Assembly: GCF_001194135.2 (NCBI RefSeq)
Contig: NC_068993.1
Coordinates: 22,641,801 to 22,705,800, forward strand
Direction of reading: 5' to 3'
Length of the DNA: 64,000 nt
Source of the DNA: Octopus bimaculoides
Taxonomy: Eukaryota
A program made the position numbers and the translations under genes. The notes below the pieces were generated by a model, which saw nothing but the letters and a program-made list of their open reading frames with translations, did not search any database and was not told the DNA's origin. This document shows positions 40,263-53,657 of this stretch, piece after piece (positions within the stretch are counted from its first letter, which is position 1; each line of letters starts with the position of its first letter).

Positions 40263-40894
40263 CTGAAAGTTTACAGTATAAATTGAGACAAAGCAAACAT
40301 ATCGCAATAGTAAAAAATATCAATTAGTATAAGGATTTTACTACCGAAAACATATTTAAAAACTGTAGTGACGACTGCAAAATGTAATTCAGATTATGGT
40401 GAGTCAAATTTCTGGTAGAATTTTCAAATCTACTGGAAGCTGTTTCAGTTCAAATACGTTGTTAATGCAATTTGCAGCTTTCTGTTTGAGTTGAATTTAT
40501 ACATATCATCAAATAAATACATTATACCCTGTGACAAGAAAACCATGTTCTATAAATTGAAATTTCCATTTCATACTCCAAATAACCATTTGATAGAATT
40601 TTCTGGAATCTCATATAAGTGAGGCAAATTTTATAATTCGTAGAAATAAATCGAGTGAATAATCTATTTCATATATTTAATGTATTTAATAAATAAATAC
40701 TTGATAAATGTATTTTTAATTAAAATGTATTTGACATCCCTATAGATGATATATATCAAATTTTTAAATATATATTGTGAAAAAGAATATCTATCTGATG
40801 AGTATGTGTTTGATAAATGTCATCTTGAAACGGCATCAATAATTTAATAGTTGTTCCAAATTACTGTTAAAGAAAAACAATATTTAATATTTCA

Positions 40895-41135
40895 CTTTGT
40901 TAGAATGCCAGGCAAATGCTCAGCGGTACTTCGTTAGTCCTTACGTTCTGATTTCTAATTCCGCCAAGGTCGACTTTCCTTTCATCCTGTCGGTGTCGAT
41001 AAGACAAGTACCATTTGAATACTATGGTCGATGTAATCGACTTACCAACTGCATCAAAATTGCTGGCCTTGCGCCAAATACTGGATGCAATATTTCACCT
41101 TGTTAAGGCAGCGATCTGGCAGAATCGTTAGCGAG
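40895..41135 (+). mobile_element. tRNA-derived SINE (second family) followed by another head fragment
   Basis: GGTCGACTTTCCTTTCATCC..CGGTGTCGATAAGACAAGTACC central block shared with 41603-41828. Confidence 0.75.
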
Positions 41136-41337
41136 CTACTCATGTATCATACTTCATATAAATACATCGTTGAAAGGCTATTTACTGCGGCATTTCTTCA
41201 GAGGTTGCATCTCTTATCGACGATCCGTGTTTGAACCAATCTGACATGTAAAAGTGTAGCTCTCATGGCAAACTATATTAACAAAGCGATTTGACCGCTA
41301 TGCATCTCACCGCCACTTCCTGTTATCAGCTTCGCAT

Positions 41338-41379
<42 letters not shown>

Positions 41380-41411
41380 GGGCACACACATACGCACACA
41401 CACGCGCGCGC

Positions 41412-41442
<31 letters not shown>

Positions 41443-41602
41443 TACACACACACACACACACACACGTACACATACTTGTATGTACGCTTGCATGTGTGTA
41501 TGCAAATATGTATGCGTGTGTATGTATATCTGCATATGTATGTATGCATGTGTGTAGAAAACTATAGATGAATGTTAACAAATATTTGTCCGCTATATTT
41601 CT

Positions 41603-41828
41603 GTTCTCAAGGCGGTGAGCTGGCAGAAACGTTAGCAGGCCGGGGGAATGCTTAGCGGTATTTCGTTTGTGTTTACGTTCTGAGTTCAAATACCGCCGAG
41701 GTTGACTTTGCCTTTCATCCTTTCAAGTTCGATAAATTAAGTACCAGTTGTGTACTGGGGTGGATATAATCGACTGGCGCCATCCCCTAAAATGTCGGGC
41801 TTTGTGCTTAGAGTAGAAAAGAATATTT
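41603..41828 (+). mobile_element. tRNA-derived SINE (second family), near full length
   Basis: GGCGGTGAGCTGGCAGAAACGTTAGC...GAGTTCAAATACC (B box)...GGTTGACTTTGCCTTTCATCCTTTC...GATAAATTAAGTACCAG...AGAAAAGAATATT. Confidence 0.85.
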
Positions 41829-42679
41829 CTGTTCTTACACACGCATGCACCCACACTCACTCAAACATACATATATGTATGTAAGTTTGTACACACACAC
41901 ACACACATACACACACACACACACACACATATATAATTGAAGAAAATTATATTGTACGCGGCATATGCATTGCTTGCGCCTAAGTATTTCTAATTTACCT
42001 TTAATACATATTTGGGAGACTTACTGACTTAAATCTAAATGCAGATCTCGCAACTGAAGATTCTCGATTCCAGTGTAAGTCAGGTCTCATCAGTCAATAA
42101 TAGAATTTCGCAGTTTATCTTAGTCAAATTCTTCCTATACTTCTTAACGTTCAGAATAAATACTCCGTAGATGTAGCTTTGGCAATTAGCGGATGTGGAA
42201 AATTATATATTCGATATTTTAAGCACCAGTCGTGATAGAAGAGAGAATGAGACCCACTGACTTTTGTCATAAATTGCTACTTTCAATGTCTGAGGTTACT
42301 TAAAATCTAAAATTTTAGCATTTAATTCATGAATAATTATATTCTACGGCATAAAGATGATTTGACTGATTAAGAGTAGTTTAATCTGCTGAAAACCAGC
42401 TGTCTCCACCATCCGGTTGTCAGAGACGAAATTCACTCTAGAACTTGTCTCACCAAATTTATTTCTGTGGCAGAATTAATCACATCATAAGCATATCTAC
42501 ATTGAAGGATACTAAAAATTAAACTTCGCATCTCTCAGTCGGAATACGATTCTTGGGTTTATCACATACCTACATTTGCTTACATGTGCACTCTTAGAAT
42601 AGTTTATACATATTCGTACGCGAACATGTTATATTTCAATTAATGTACCCATGTATATCAACACACACGCCTACACGCG

Positions 42680-42725
<46 letters not shown>

Positions 42726-42800
42726 AACACACACACACAAACACACACACACAGAGCTTGTTTGATGTAAACATTGTATTTAGCTACTTCTCTCCTCCAA

Positions 42801-42839
<39 letters not shown>

Positions 42840-42857
42840 CTGTCAATCTATCTATCT

Positions 42858-44074
42858 AAGGACGGCTGGACATGCCGTGGTTGATGATACGCAGACATGC
42901 GCTGAGACAGTGACATTTCCGGCGCTTCAGAGACGACGGTNNNNNNNNNNNNNNNNNNNNNNNNNNNNNNNNNNNNNNNNNNNNNNNNNNNNNNNNNNNN
43001 NNNNNNNNNNNNNNNNNNNNNNNNNNNNNNNNNNNNNNNNNNNNNNNNNNNNNNNNNNNNNNNNNNNNNNNNNNNNNNNNNNNNNNNNNNNNNNNNNNNN
43101 NNNNNNNNNNNNNNNNNNNNNNNNNNNNNNNNNNNNNNNNNNNNNNNNNNNNNNNNNNNNNNNNNNNNNNNNNNNNNNNNNNNNNNNNNNNNNNNNNNNN
43201 NNNNNNNNNNNNNNNNNNNNNNNNNNNNNNNNNNNNNNNNNNNNNNNNNNNNNNNNNNNNNNNNNNNNNNNNNNNNNNNNNNNNNNNNNNNNNNNNNNNN
43301 NNNNNNNNNNNNNNNNNNNNNNNNNNNNNNNNNNNNNNNNNNNNNNNNNNNNNNNNNNNNNNNNNNNNNNNNNNNNNNNNNNNNNNNNNNNNNNNNNNNN
43401 NNNNNNNNNNNNNNNNNNNNNNNNNNNNNNNNNTATGCTGAACGGCTGCTGTCACGTGGGACGAATTCGGTTGTCGGCTGAGTCTATCGTGAAAATTGCT
43501 CCACCTCTCCTTAACCGGGAAGGCAAGGCAGTCTTCATCGTACTGGTGGCCATAGTGGAAGAATGTGTGTGGTGGACTCGAGTGAAAGGTTTTGAGACAA
43601 ACACTTTCCTGTCTGGCCAATCGCTCATCAACTTTTTCAAGTACCACTTGAGAAGGAAGGTGAAAATAGAGAGGTAAGTTTTGTGTCGTGAAAGATTCAA
43701 TGAAAGATGGGTTAATGTAGCAAAGATGGTACGCGCGAATGACGAAACCACTTTGAGCATGATCCTGTAAATCGAAAAAAGAGAAAGCACTTTGCTCTCA
43801 TGTGTTTTTTCACTACCTGCCAGAGGTTACCGTGGTCTTATGCGTAGGCTTTTCTTTCCACGGATAAACCTAATATGCTTTTTACATTTTTCATATTTTC
43901 TGTGATACACGATCCCTTTTGATCGCTTTTTTCTTTTACACGATTTCTTTCTTTTGATCGGAAATTTATTTTCTCCTCCATTTTTATTATTTTCTTCTTT
44001 TTCTTTCGAAATGAAAAGCTCTACATTATATTTTATCCACTCTGTGTTCGGCCCTGTGCGGCTACTAAAGAAAC

Positions 44075-44075
<1 letters not shown>
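42858..44075 (+). mobile_element. 5'-truncated Tx1-like L1 retrotransposon (ORF2 C-terminus + 3' UTR)
   Basis: Stop-poor frame HVGRIRLSAESIVKIAPP...AVFIVLVAIVEECVWWTR...FNERW with the xxIW/ERW pattern of L1/Tx1 ORF2 ends; GC-rich; T-rich 3' UTR shared with 32400-32645; (CTAT)n on both flanks; contains a 493-N gap. Confidence 0.7.
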
Positions 44076-44132
<57 letters not shown>

Positions 44133-44145
44133 GTCTGTCTATCTA

Positions 44146-44180
<35 letters not shown>

Positions 44181-44249
44181 GGCTGGCTGGCTGGCTGTAT
44201 GTCTGTCTGTCTGCCTGTCCGATGTCTATATATGTATGTATATATATCG

Positions 44250-44292
<43 letters not shown>

Positions 44293-44712
44293 CATCCCAA
44301 GTAATCAATCTCTCTCTCTCTGTTTCTATCTATCTTTCTATCTATCAGTACACACTCATACCTCTATACGCGAATGTATATAAAGTATATATTGTTGATG
44401 TTAGATGAAGCTATTCATCGCTAATCAAACTTTATAGTTGGTGCTTCTGTTTACTGTTCCTTCATGTGAAACATTGTTTTATCTCGTAGTGTTTAAGAAT
44501 GAAATGTTCCATGACCAACGGTTGATATATCAGCCACTAAATGTAAACAAGGCTATTATACTCTATTTAGAATTAAGGAAGCAGCTGATTCCTAAAAGAT
44601 GGCACGTTATATAGCTTCCATCTGCTGCATAGAAATTCAAAACGCTTCGCTATTGTTAAATTATAGCAAAGCAAGCGGCTCTGTAATATAAAGGTTGACA
44701 ATACTCTAATCC

Positions 44713-44750
<38 letters not shown>

Positions 44751-44949
44751 ATCTCTCTCTATTTCTCTCTCTCTCTCCTCATAGACACAACTATGTATAT
44801 ACATATTTATATACATGCATAATATACATACAAACATACATATTTATAAACGTCTGTGTACGCATTGTTATCCGTCTTTAACTTTTTATTTCACTCCTCC
44901 CCCTCTCTCTGTATATGTGTGCGTGTATGTGTGTGCGTTTGATTGTGTG

Positions 44950-44997
<48 letters not shown>

Positions 44998-45132
44998 ATA
45001 TATATACAAACACACACACACACATATATTAAGTAATATGTATCGTTCTGTGAAATCCAGGTAATTAACTCACGAGCACTCTGGCGTGTATTACATACAT
45101 ACATTCTTATATACATACATACATACATACAA

Positions 45133-45214
<82 letters not shown>

Positions 45215-46530
45215 GTGTGTGTATGCGCATGCACAACACAAGTACACGGAGTCTTTGTATGCATAAACCTATTTATGCGATGATATATAAAAGCAATATT
45301 TCCCACGAATATATAACCATACGCTTCCTTATATAAATATATATATGTACACACACATATATACGTATACATGTGCGTGAGTAAGTGTGTGTGTGTGTCT
45401 GTGTAAGAGTGTATGTCAGTATATAGGCAAATATGTATATGTGCATTTCGTTGCCCAATAAATTTTCTTGCTTCATCTATTTTTACACAACTGCTGTGAC
45501 GTTTATGTGCAATTATGCTTTTACTGCTCATTTCATAACGTAGCATGAAATATTGTAGAAATTCAAATAGAAATATATAGATTGAACGATCACCAAAGCG
45601 GAATGAGAATATATGCAATCCGTCTGCAGAAAAATAAACAACAAAGTAATCATCGATAATATAATAGATTGTCGATGTATTAATGACGGTTACTCAAAAC
45701 TGGAACATACGATCTGCTCTTCCAGTAAATGAAATCTTAGATCATTTTGAAAAAAGGAAAAACTATGTAAATATTCATTTTGTCAACAATGTCAACGTTT
45801 TTTCAGGAAAGAAGTGATACAAGTAGCTGCTGGAATCTTTTCATCTCGATAAATAACTTATATCATCAACAGGATGAGATGGAAGTCATAGTTATTCTGT
45901 AAAAAAATGTAACCAAAGAAAGCAAGTTTGGATCCAGATGTAGAAAATGCACTCCCAACACACTGCTACACTGTAACCCTTCCACAAAAATATAAAATCC
46001 ACAAAAGAAGAAAACAATAAGAATGAAAACGAGGAAAATCATCCATCAATTTCCATGTCATGTTACAGAAAGATTTCGCAAAATTGTGAAACACATTAAC
46101 CCCCAACACGTTAAAATTGTGAGAGAAAGGAAAGTGCAAAAATGAGTATTCTTTCCTTTATGAGTTCCAACCTGAAGGCTGTGGCCATGTTGGTACACCG
46201 CCGTTTAACATTACATATACAACTTAAATCTTTAAATGAATAACACCAATACCTACTAGTAAAACATATTTTGTAATTACTTGTCATCAATTTGGAACTA
46301 AAATAAATACATATTGTTGCTTAAGTAGATAATAAGCTATTATAATTTATAACTGAGTTCCCCCTTAATTTCCTTAATCAATCAAACCTTACCCGGATTT
46401 AATAAGTTTTAGTTATAAGTATTTCATAATAGAACATAAAATGCTATAAGACCATTAATAGCAATATCGAGTAACCTTTGTATACAACAGTGAAAACAAA
46501 AGTCCTACATCATCTTTACAGAAAATTCGC

Positions 46531-46610
<80 letters not shown>

Positions 46611-47564
46611 TGTATATATTCCAAAGCACAGACAGTCACCCGACCATTTTGTTCTCCAGAATATCTGAGGGTTAACCTACAATATTACTAATTATATTAT
46701 CGATTACTTCTTTAGAGAACATACGTTTCTCACTAAATATTTTATTTATGTATTTTTTCTAGATGTTGTGATTTAGAATATTTTATTATAGTCATTTGCA
46801 ATTTTGCGTAAATGATCGGCCATATTTGTTGAGGAATTTCTAAGTACCAACTTGGCTGAACATAGTTTATTTTCCAGACAATGGATTTGTCATACACTGA
46901 AAAATGGACACAAAATATTCATTTATAAAAATGCTTCACTAAAAATAGCCACTGTTCTTGCTTGCGCATTGTTTATATTTATCATATTAAAGAAATGAAA
47001 ATATCACCATGTTTTGCGCAGGAGTGAATGAATATATCTTATGTTTTTCACTTAGAAATAAAATCCATAATTGTAAGGCACATTTTCTAACGGTTTATTG
47101 GGCAACAATTTCTATCTCCTTCGCTAATCATGTGCTTGCAAATATGTTTACTTAGGCATAATCACTCTAGTTTTTTTTTTTTTTTCAGACGATTGAATAA
47201 ACGACAACTCAAACTTACAATACAACAATTGCAAATTTAAAACAATTTCTAAGTCAAGCAAAATGACGGAAAAAAATATCAGTCGATAGGAGCTTTGTTG
47301 ATATCATCTTCTTCAGTACTGGTTTGTTAATTTATTTTATCGATCCCGAAAGCATGTAAAGCAAATTGACCCCGGTAGGAATTGAAATAAGTAAAGTTCC
47401 TGAATAAATACCACGTAGTATTTTTTCGCTGCTGTTGCTTTTATGATAACTAGCCACGCTATTAATTTCTATTTTAAGTACGTCACTAGCTCTTTGGTGG
47501 GAGGGTTTCAGTGAATTATGCCGAAACTAGGATCGATTGGTATGTTCTTTCCTCGACTTCAATT

Positions 47565-47664
47565 GCCCGTGGCATAGTGGTTAAGAGTGCAGGCTACAAA
47601 CCCCAAGATTCCGAGTTCAATTCCAGGCAGTGACCTGAATAATACTAATACTAACAACAACGAC

Positions 47665-47698
<34 letters not shown>

Positions 47699-47868
47699 TC
47701 GAAAAATACCTTAGGAATGAGAACCCAGGTTCGAAATTTCCCCAAGACGCCTGATGAAGGCTGGAGGGTATATCAGCCGAAACGTTGTGTTAATAACAAA
47801 CAAGATGAAGACAAATATTCGTCAAATGTAAAAAATGTACATGATTTCTCATCTCTTAAATATAGAAC
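47565..47868 (+). mobile_element. tRNA-head + (AAT)n + hammerhead element, copy 3 (complete)
   Basis: A box TGGCATAGTGG (47570-47580), B box GTTCAATTCC (47615-47624), (AAT/AAC)n linker, then the body with the ribozyme. The 3' end CTCTTAAATATAGAAC coincides with the end of copy 1. Confidence 0.88.
47747..47790 (+). ncRNA. Minimal type I hammerhead ribozyme (Penelope-type)
   Basis: Stem I ACGC/GTGT; core CTGATGA (47751-47757); one extra A; stem II GGCTG/CAGCC; GAAA (47779-47782); palindromic stem III ACGT; GUU cleavage triplet predicting a cut after 47786. Confidence 0.75.
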
Positions 47869-48033
47869 AGTGGCCAAGATGGCCGTAGCAAGTGACTGAA
47901 AACAATACCAGGAAAGACTATACTCGCTCGCAGACATACAGAGATACAACCCCCCAACATACACATATATATGATCCCGCGCACACACACCAACACTGAT
48001 ACATATATAAATATATGTATTCATGTATGTACG

Positions 48034-48081
<48 letters not shown>

Positions 48082-48514
48082 CACATATAAATATGTGTGT
48101 GTGTGCGATTGTATATTTCCCATTTATTTCTGCCTTTCTCTATATAAACATATATGTGTATATGTATATATGAATGTGTGTGCGTGTGTATGTTTAAAAA
48201 TTGTACCAAAGTGGAAAAAAAAAACGAAGGAAAAGACAGTGACAAGTGAGGAAACAATAATCAAGGTGTATTAGCTTGACACTCAGGAAAAATGGAGGAG
48301 TGTTTAACATTTCGAGACTACGCCCTTACTCAGAAAACCTATATAGAGAAAACAGAGGGAGAGAGGAAAGAATCAGACACACACACACACGCACACACAC
48401 ACACACACACACACGCACTCACACACACACACACACACACACACAACCACACACACACACATAGTATATTTNNNNNNNNNNNNNNNNNNNNNNNNNNNNN
48501 NNNNNNNNNNNNNN

Positions 48515-48548
<34 letters not shown>

Positions 48549-49928
48549 CCACACACACACACATAGTATATTTGTACTATCGCTTGTTTGATCAGACGTA
48601 TGATTAGGTCTATATCGATACTGTCTAATCGATCATATTTATATGACAGAATTATCTTGTTGCCGCTCATTTTGACATTTTGGTATGGCAGAAGAAGACA
48701 GTCGTTGCGGATGCTGTTAATTTTTTTTGAATCCGTTTCACCATACGTAAATGTTAGGTTATTTTTAACTGTTCGATCAGACACAGACTACAGAAAAGAA
48801 TCTGATTTTGTTAACCTTGCTTTGTCTTCTTGTTCAGACTTTTGGCTTTCTAATATTTATTTTAATTATTATCTTTGTCCGTTTCGTCAGACTCTATGTT
48901 ACGTTTTAGGAGCAACCTACAAAACGTCCTGAGTACAGAAATAAACATTACGTACAATGTATTTTCAGCTGGTCTTGAGGAACAGATGAATGTTGCATTC
49001 GTTGTGTGAATGCATTATGGAGCTTGTGTTGAGATGCAAAATTTATGTGAATTGGTAAGAAATAAGGGCATTTAATGATGTTGGTCTTTGTTCTTATCTT
49101 TAAATCACTTCTTGTTTAGCGTACCTTTGATCAGAATCATTACACTCCTGGTACTCTGTATTTCAAAATGTTCTATGACTAACATAGCAAGGTGATTTAG
49201 GTTCTATTTCTTGTGAGCTGGTCAACCATGATAAGGCTCATTCATGACTCGAGCGTTACTATTGTTCATATCCCTTTGGCATCCTATATTGGGCTCAAAA
49301 CATCTATACAAACGCACACCTGATCGCTTTCCAGTTTACGTATGATCTAATGATTACATAAAAACTCACCAGGCAGAGAAGAAGAGCATAATGTTGGACA
49401 ATTTTATAATCGACTTAAATGGATTTGTCACAAAAGGAAATTCATAGTGCAATAAAATATCCTTTAGATTACGTTGTTCATTTTTGAGTTTAGATAATTA
49501 TTTATACGATCAAATATAATCACGATTGAGACGACCCGATTATATTCCCGCATCCAATTCAATATCAATGTCAGAATTTAATATCAATTCCTAGCAGAAT
49601 TTTGACACTGAATTTTATGTCTAGAAAATGAACATTGAAATTGTTTACTCTTCAGCTATATTTCTCACGCAACCAAATAGCTGAGAATTTAACGATTGAT
49701 TGATTAGTTAATGACACAATATAAATTCGGGAAGATAAAACTATGTAACAGTCAATGTCTCTCTTAGATGCATGCCGCTCATGGTTTTCAAAGGTAAACA
49801 AAACTGCGATGCTTTGATATTTCCCATATAAAGGCATAAAAAATCTTTACTTTATAACTATTTTGTAACACACAAAATAACACATAAATACATATACATA
49901 CTCACACACACACGCACACACACACACA

Positions 49929-49981
<53 letters not shown>

Positions 49982-49991
49982 NNNNNNNNNN

Positions 49992-50048
<57 letters not shown>

Positions 50049-51931
50049 ACACACTCACACGCACACATAAATCCATATATCAGTACATATCTTTTGATAT
50101 ATAGACGCGACTTGACTAAATGCTACAGAAATGCTGCCCAAGTTTAAATTCATAAGTGATTTGAATTTATGTCTTCACATAATCTACTGAAACTTTTCTG
50201 TATTTCTAGATAGATATACTATGCTAGATAGATGTCAGGGTTGGCAACGAAATGAATATGATTGCGTTACACACATATTCTGCCTTTGTATTTACTTTGC
50301 CGCTGGATCCTGATTTTATTTTTGATTATAGCTCTATACTTTCGTGCCATGAGACCGATTCCAGTAATTACAGATTAAAACAATCAAGTGAAGATATTCT
50401 CTTTTAAATTGACGTTTTCTTGGCCTCAAACTCAACGCATACTTCTATATTTAGAACTTCATTCTGCAGCCTGATATGAATCAATGACTAAATCAGTTTG
50501 CGATCGTATCAAAAAACTAAAAAAAACTGAAGATGGATTTCAAATTTGGGAAAGGAAAATGTTAACAAATAATTAAAATAAATCAAAAGCTAAAGCTATT
50601 CTTAGGAAACAACTCCGGGGAATATCGTGATAGACTGACGCTGGTCGTGTTTGCAATATTCTAGCTTGTTTGTCCATGAACTTGGGTCTTTGTCTTCGCA
50701 ATGGTGCTTTTAAACACCCCCAGAAAATTTATGTAAACCTCTCTCCAGTGAAAGAGAGAGACTGAGAAGGGGAAAATACGGCGATGAACCTGGCCTTCAG
50801 ATTTCAATTGCCCTCGTGATCACAGTAACGATTTCCTTTCTCTCCTTTGCTACGGATACCATTTTGTTTCAATGATACATCCGTACAAAAATGTTACCTT
50901 ACTTAATTGACTGTTACTCGATTCACATTTATTCATCTGCCAGGAATCACAACACAAATATTGCGTCATGTCGATCATCCAATTTTGAATATGATTACAT
51001 ATGAAACGAACGTTTACAGATGCTTGCTTCTCCGGAAACTTCACAATGAGTCAGGCGTAAATTTTCGAGGACAACACTACGTATTATAAAATGATCTTCG
51101 TCCACTCACATGGGACAATCATCCAAAGATGGGCTCGGGGATGTTCTCATCTATTTGCAACATTGATATTTTTCGTAATTATTCTCAATAGCCTGTTTTA
51201 ACGTGAGAAAATTCTCCTTTACTGTTTTTCCCAATTTGGAAGCGAATTTCTCATAAATGGTTGGTGTGCCAAGTACTTCATTGTTTAACATACGCTAGAC
51301 TATACCTCTTTTAAACCGATGGCTAAGTAGCAGAGAGTGATACGTATATCATTATAGTGAAATACTACGCCACCCACGCAAAGCACTGCTGTAGGGAGCA
51401 CGCTACACTCGTTGGTTGATACGTTGATTTCGAACTTCAATTTACTTTTCGACAAATCTCACATTCATATGTGTGTGTATGTGTGTCTTTGTATGTGTAT
51501 GCTCCTGGGTGTCTGTATGTGAACATATATATAAACAAACAGATCAACAGCTGTGTTGATGTACAAAGCAAGTACATCATAATTTAACAAAACTGAGACT
51601 GTAGGAGAAAATCAATTGCATAGCATCTGTCAGTAAGCAACATATTTAGCATCTTTAACACCATAGTAACGGACTCTCAAGCTTGATGACATTGCAAGTT
51701 TCATTGTATGAACAAACAATCCAGCTGACAAGACTGTAGGGAATCTGTTGATATTTCAAGTAGGTATGTACATAGAGTAATATCTACGTAGGTGTGAATA
51801 GATATATCTATGACAGTACAGCTATTGTGAATCTATCCGGGTGAATGCAAGCATTTAGTTGTTTCTATGTCTGTCTGAGCATACATTCATGTATTTATAT
51901 ATATATACATTACATATATATATATACATGC

Positions 51932-51966
<35 letters not shown>

Positions 51967-52671
51967 NNNNNNNNNNNNNNNNNNNNNNNNNNNNNNNNNN
52001 NNNNNNNNNNNNNNNNNNNNNNNNNNNNNNNNNNNNNNNNNNNNNNNNNNNNNNNNNNNNNNNNNNNNNNNNNNNNNNNNNNNNNNNNNNNNNNNNNNNN
52101 NNNNNNNNNNNNNNNNNNNNNNNNNNNNNNNNNNNNNNNNNNNNNNNNNNNNNNNNNNNNNNNNNNNNNNNNNNNNNNNNNNNNNNNNNNNNNNNNNNNN
52201 NNNNNNNNNNNNNNNNNNNNNNNNNNNNNNNNNNNNNNNNNNNNNNNNNNNNNNNNNNNNNNNNNNNNNNNNNNNNNNNNNNNNNNNNNNNNNNNNNNNN
52301 NNNNNNNNNNNNNNNNNNNNNNNNNNNNNNNNNNNNNNNNNNNNNNNNNNNNNNNNNNNNNNNNNNNNNNNNNNNNNNNNNNNNNNNNNNNNNNNNNNNN
52401 NNNNNNNNNNNNNNNNNNNNNNNNNNNNNNNNNNNNNNNNNNNNNNNNNNNNNNNNNNNNNNNNNNNNNNNNNNNNNNNNNNNNNNNNNNNNNNNNNNNN
52501 NNNNNNNNNNNNNNNNNNNNNNNNNNNNNNNNNNNNNNNNNNNNNNNNNNNNNNNNNNNNNNNNNNNNNNNNNNNNNNNNNNNNNNNNNNNNNNNNNNNN
52601 NNNNNNNNNNNNNNNNNNNNNNNNNNNNNNNNNNNNNNNNNNNNNNNNNNNNNNNNNNNNNTATATATACA

Positions 52672-52705
<34 letters not shown>

Positions 52706-52904
52706 CATACATACATACAACATATGTACATCCATACATATGCAGATACATACATGCATATATATTTGCAATCTTGTGACAAATTTATATTTTGGGCTGC
52801 ATCTACCTGTTTAGTATACACGGACGCACACATATATATATATGCACGCACTCATACATACTTATAATAAATGTTGAAGTGGCTATTTTAAATTCGTGCC
52901 TGTT

Positions 52905-53290
52905 TTCACCTAGGTCATGAATGTTGGTTAATGACCAAAAGAATATGATAACGAATACAAACGGCCAAAATAGAGTTTCTCCGAAGTATCTCTGACGTAC
53001 CGTTACACAGCAGGCTGTGTTGCACAGAAACCACGGAATCCTTCCAAGCCGAGCCGCTACTTTCCCTCATTGAAGGATCACATTTCCGCAAGTCGGATAC
53101 GTCAAGCCGATCCAGCCGGTATGAGACATCGGAGTTGATGCAATATGAGATGATTGGATAATACCCATAGTTGCAGTCCTCTTCTTTTGGGAATCCAGCT
53201 GGAACGTCTAAGGACGGTTGTTTTTCTGAACGAACTCAATGGATGAAGGGCATGAGGACTCTACCCCAACGACCCTCCAGGCACCATTAA
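52905..53290 (+). mobile_element. RTE-clade LINE 3' fragment
   Basis: GHECWLMTKRI..RIQTAKIEFLRSISDV...AEPLLSLIEGSH matches RTE YGCESW.MT....RIQAAEM.FLRRI...VEPLL..IERSQLRW. Confidence 0.75.
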
Positions 53291-53613
53291 ACTTTTAATG
53301 ATGACCACCTAATTATTGTAACCCTTAAATATTCATTTTAAGACAGTGGAATAAGCGGGGATGATTGAGATACAAGAAAGGGAAATAGCATATATTATTT
53401 ATCAAGCGGATAACGACTGACCACGGTCGGTGGTCAGCAATTAAGATGGTGAATTCAGAGGTTGTACAGTACTTAGGACGCTAGAAATTAGGTTATACAA
53501 ACGTGTGTATGTGTGTGTGTGTGTATATATATAGTAAAGGCTGCTTATTCGGAATTTAGAACCGAAAGGTAGAAAATAGATGTCACTAAAGTGACTAAGT
53601 TTATTAATCAGCA

Positions 53614-53657
<44 letters not shown>

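Noticed and set aside
40263-40323. Signal-peptide-like IFFTIAICLLCLNLYCKLS upstream of exon A
   Set aside because: There is no in-frame ATG (the track start is TTG preceded by TAA). The hydrophobicity reflects the T-rich acceptor region ending in tttcAG.
48570-48790. Protein-like minus-strand frame (NKIILSYKYDRLDSIDIDLIIRLIKQ) after a good acceptor
   Set aside because: It has no usable donor and runs into a (TG)n repeat; its phase is incompatible with exon A. It cannot be supported without RNA data.
53417-53437. 8-bp hairpin CTGACCAC-GGTCG-GTGGTCAG
   Set aside because: Short enough to arise by chance, and no partner terminus or second copy was found.
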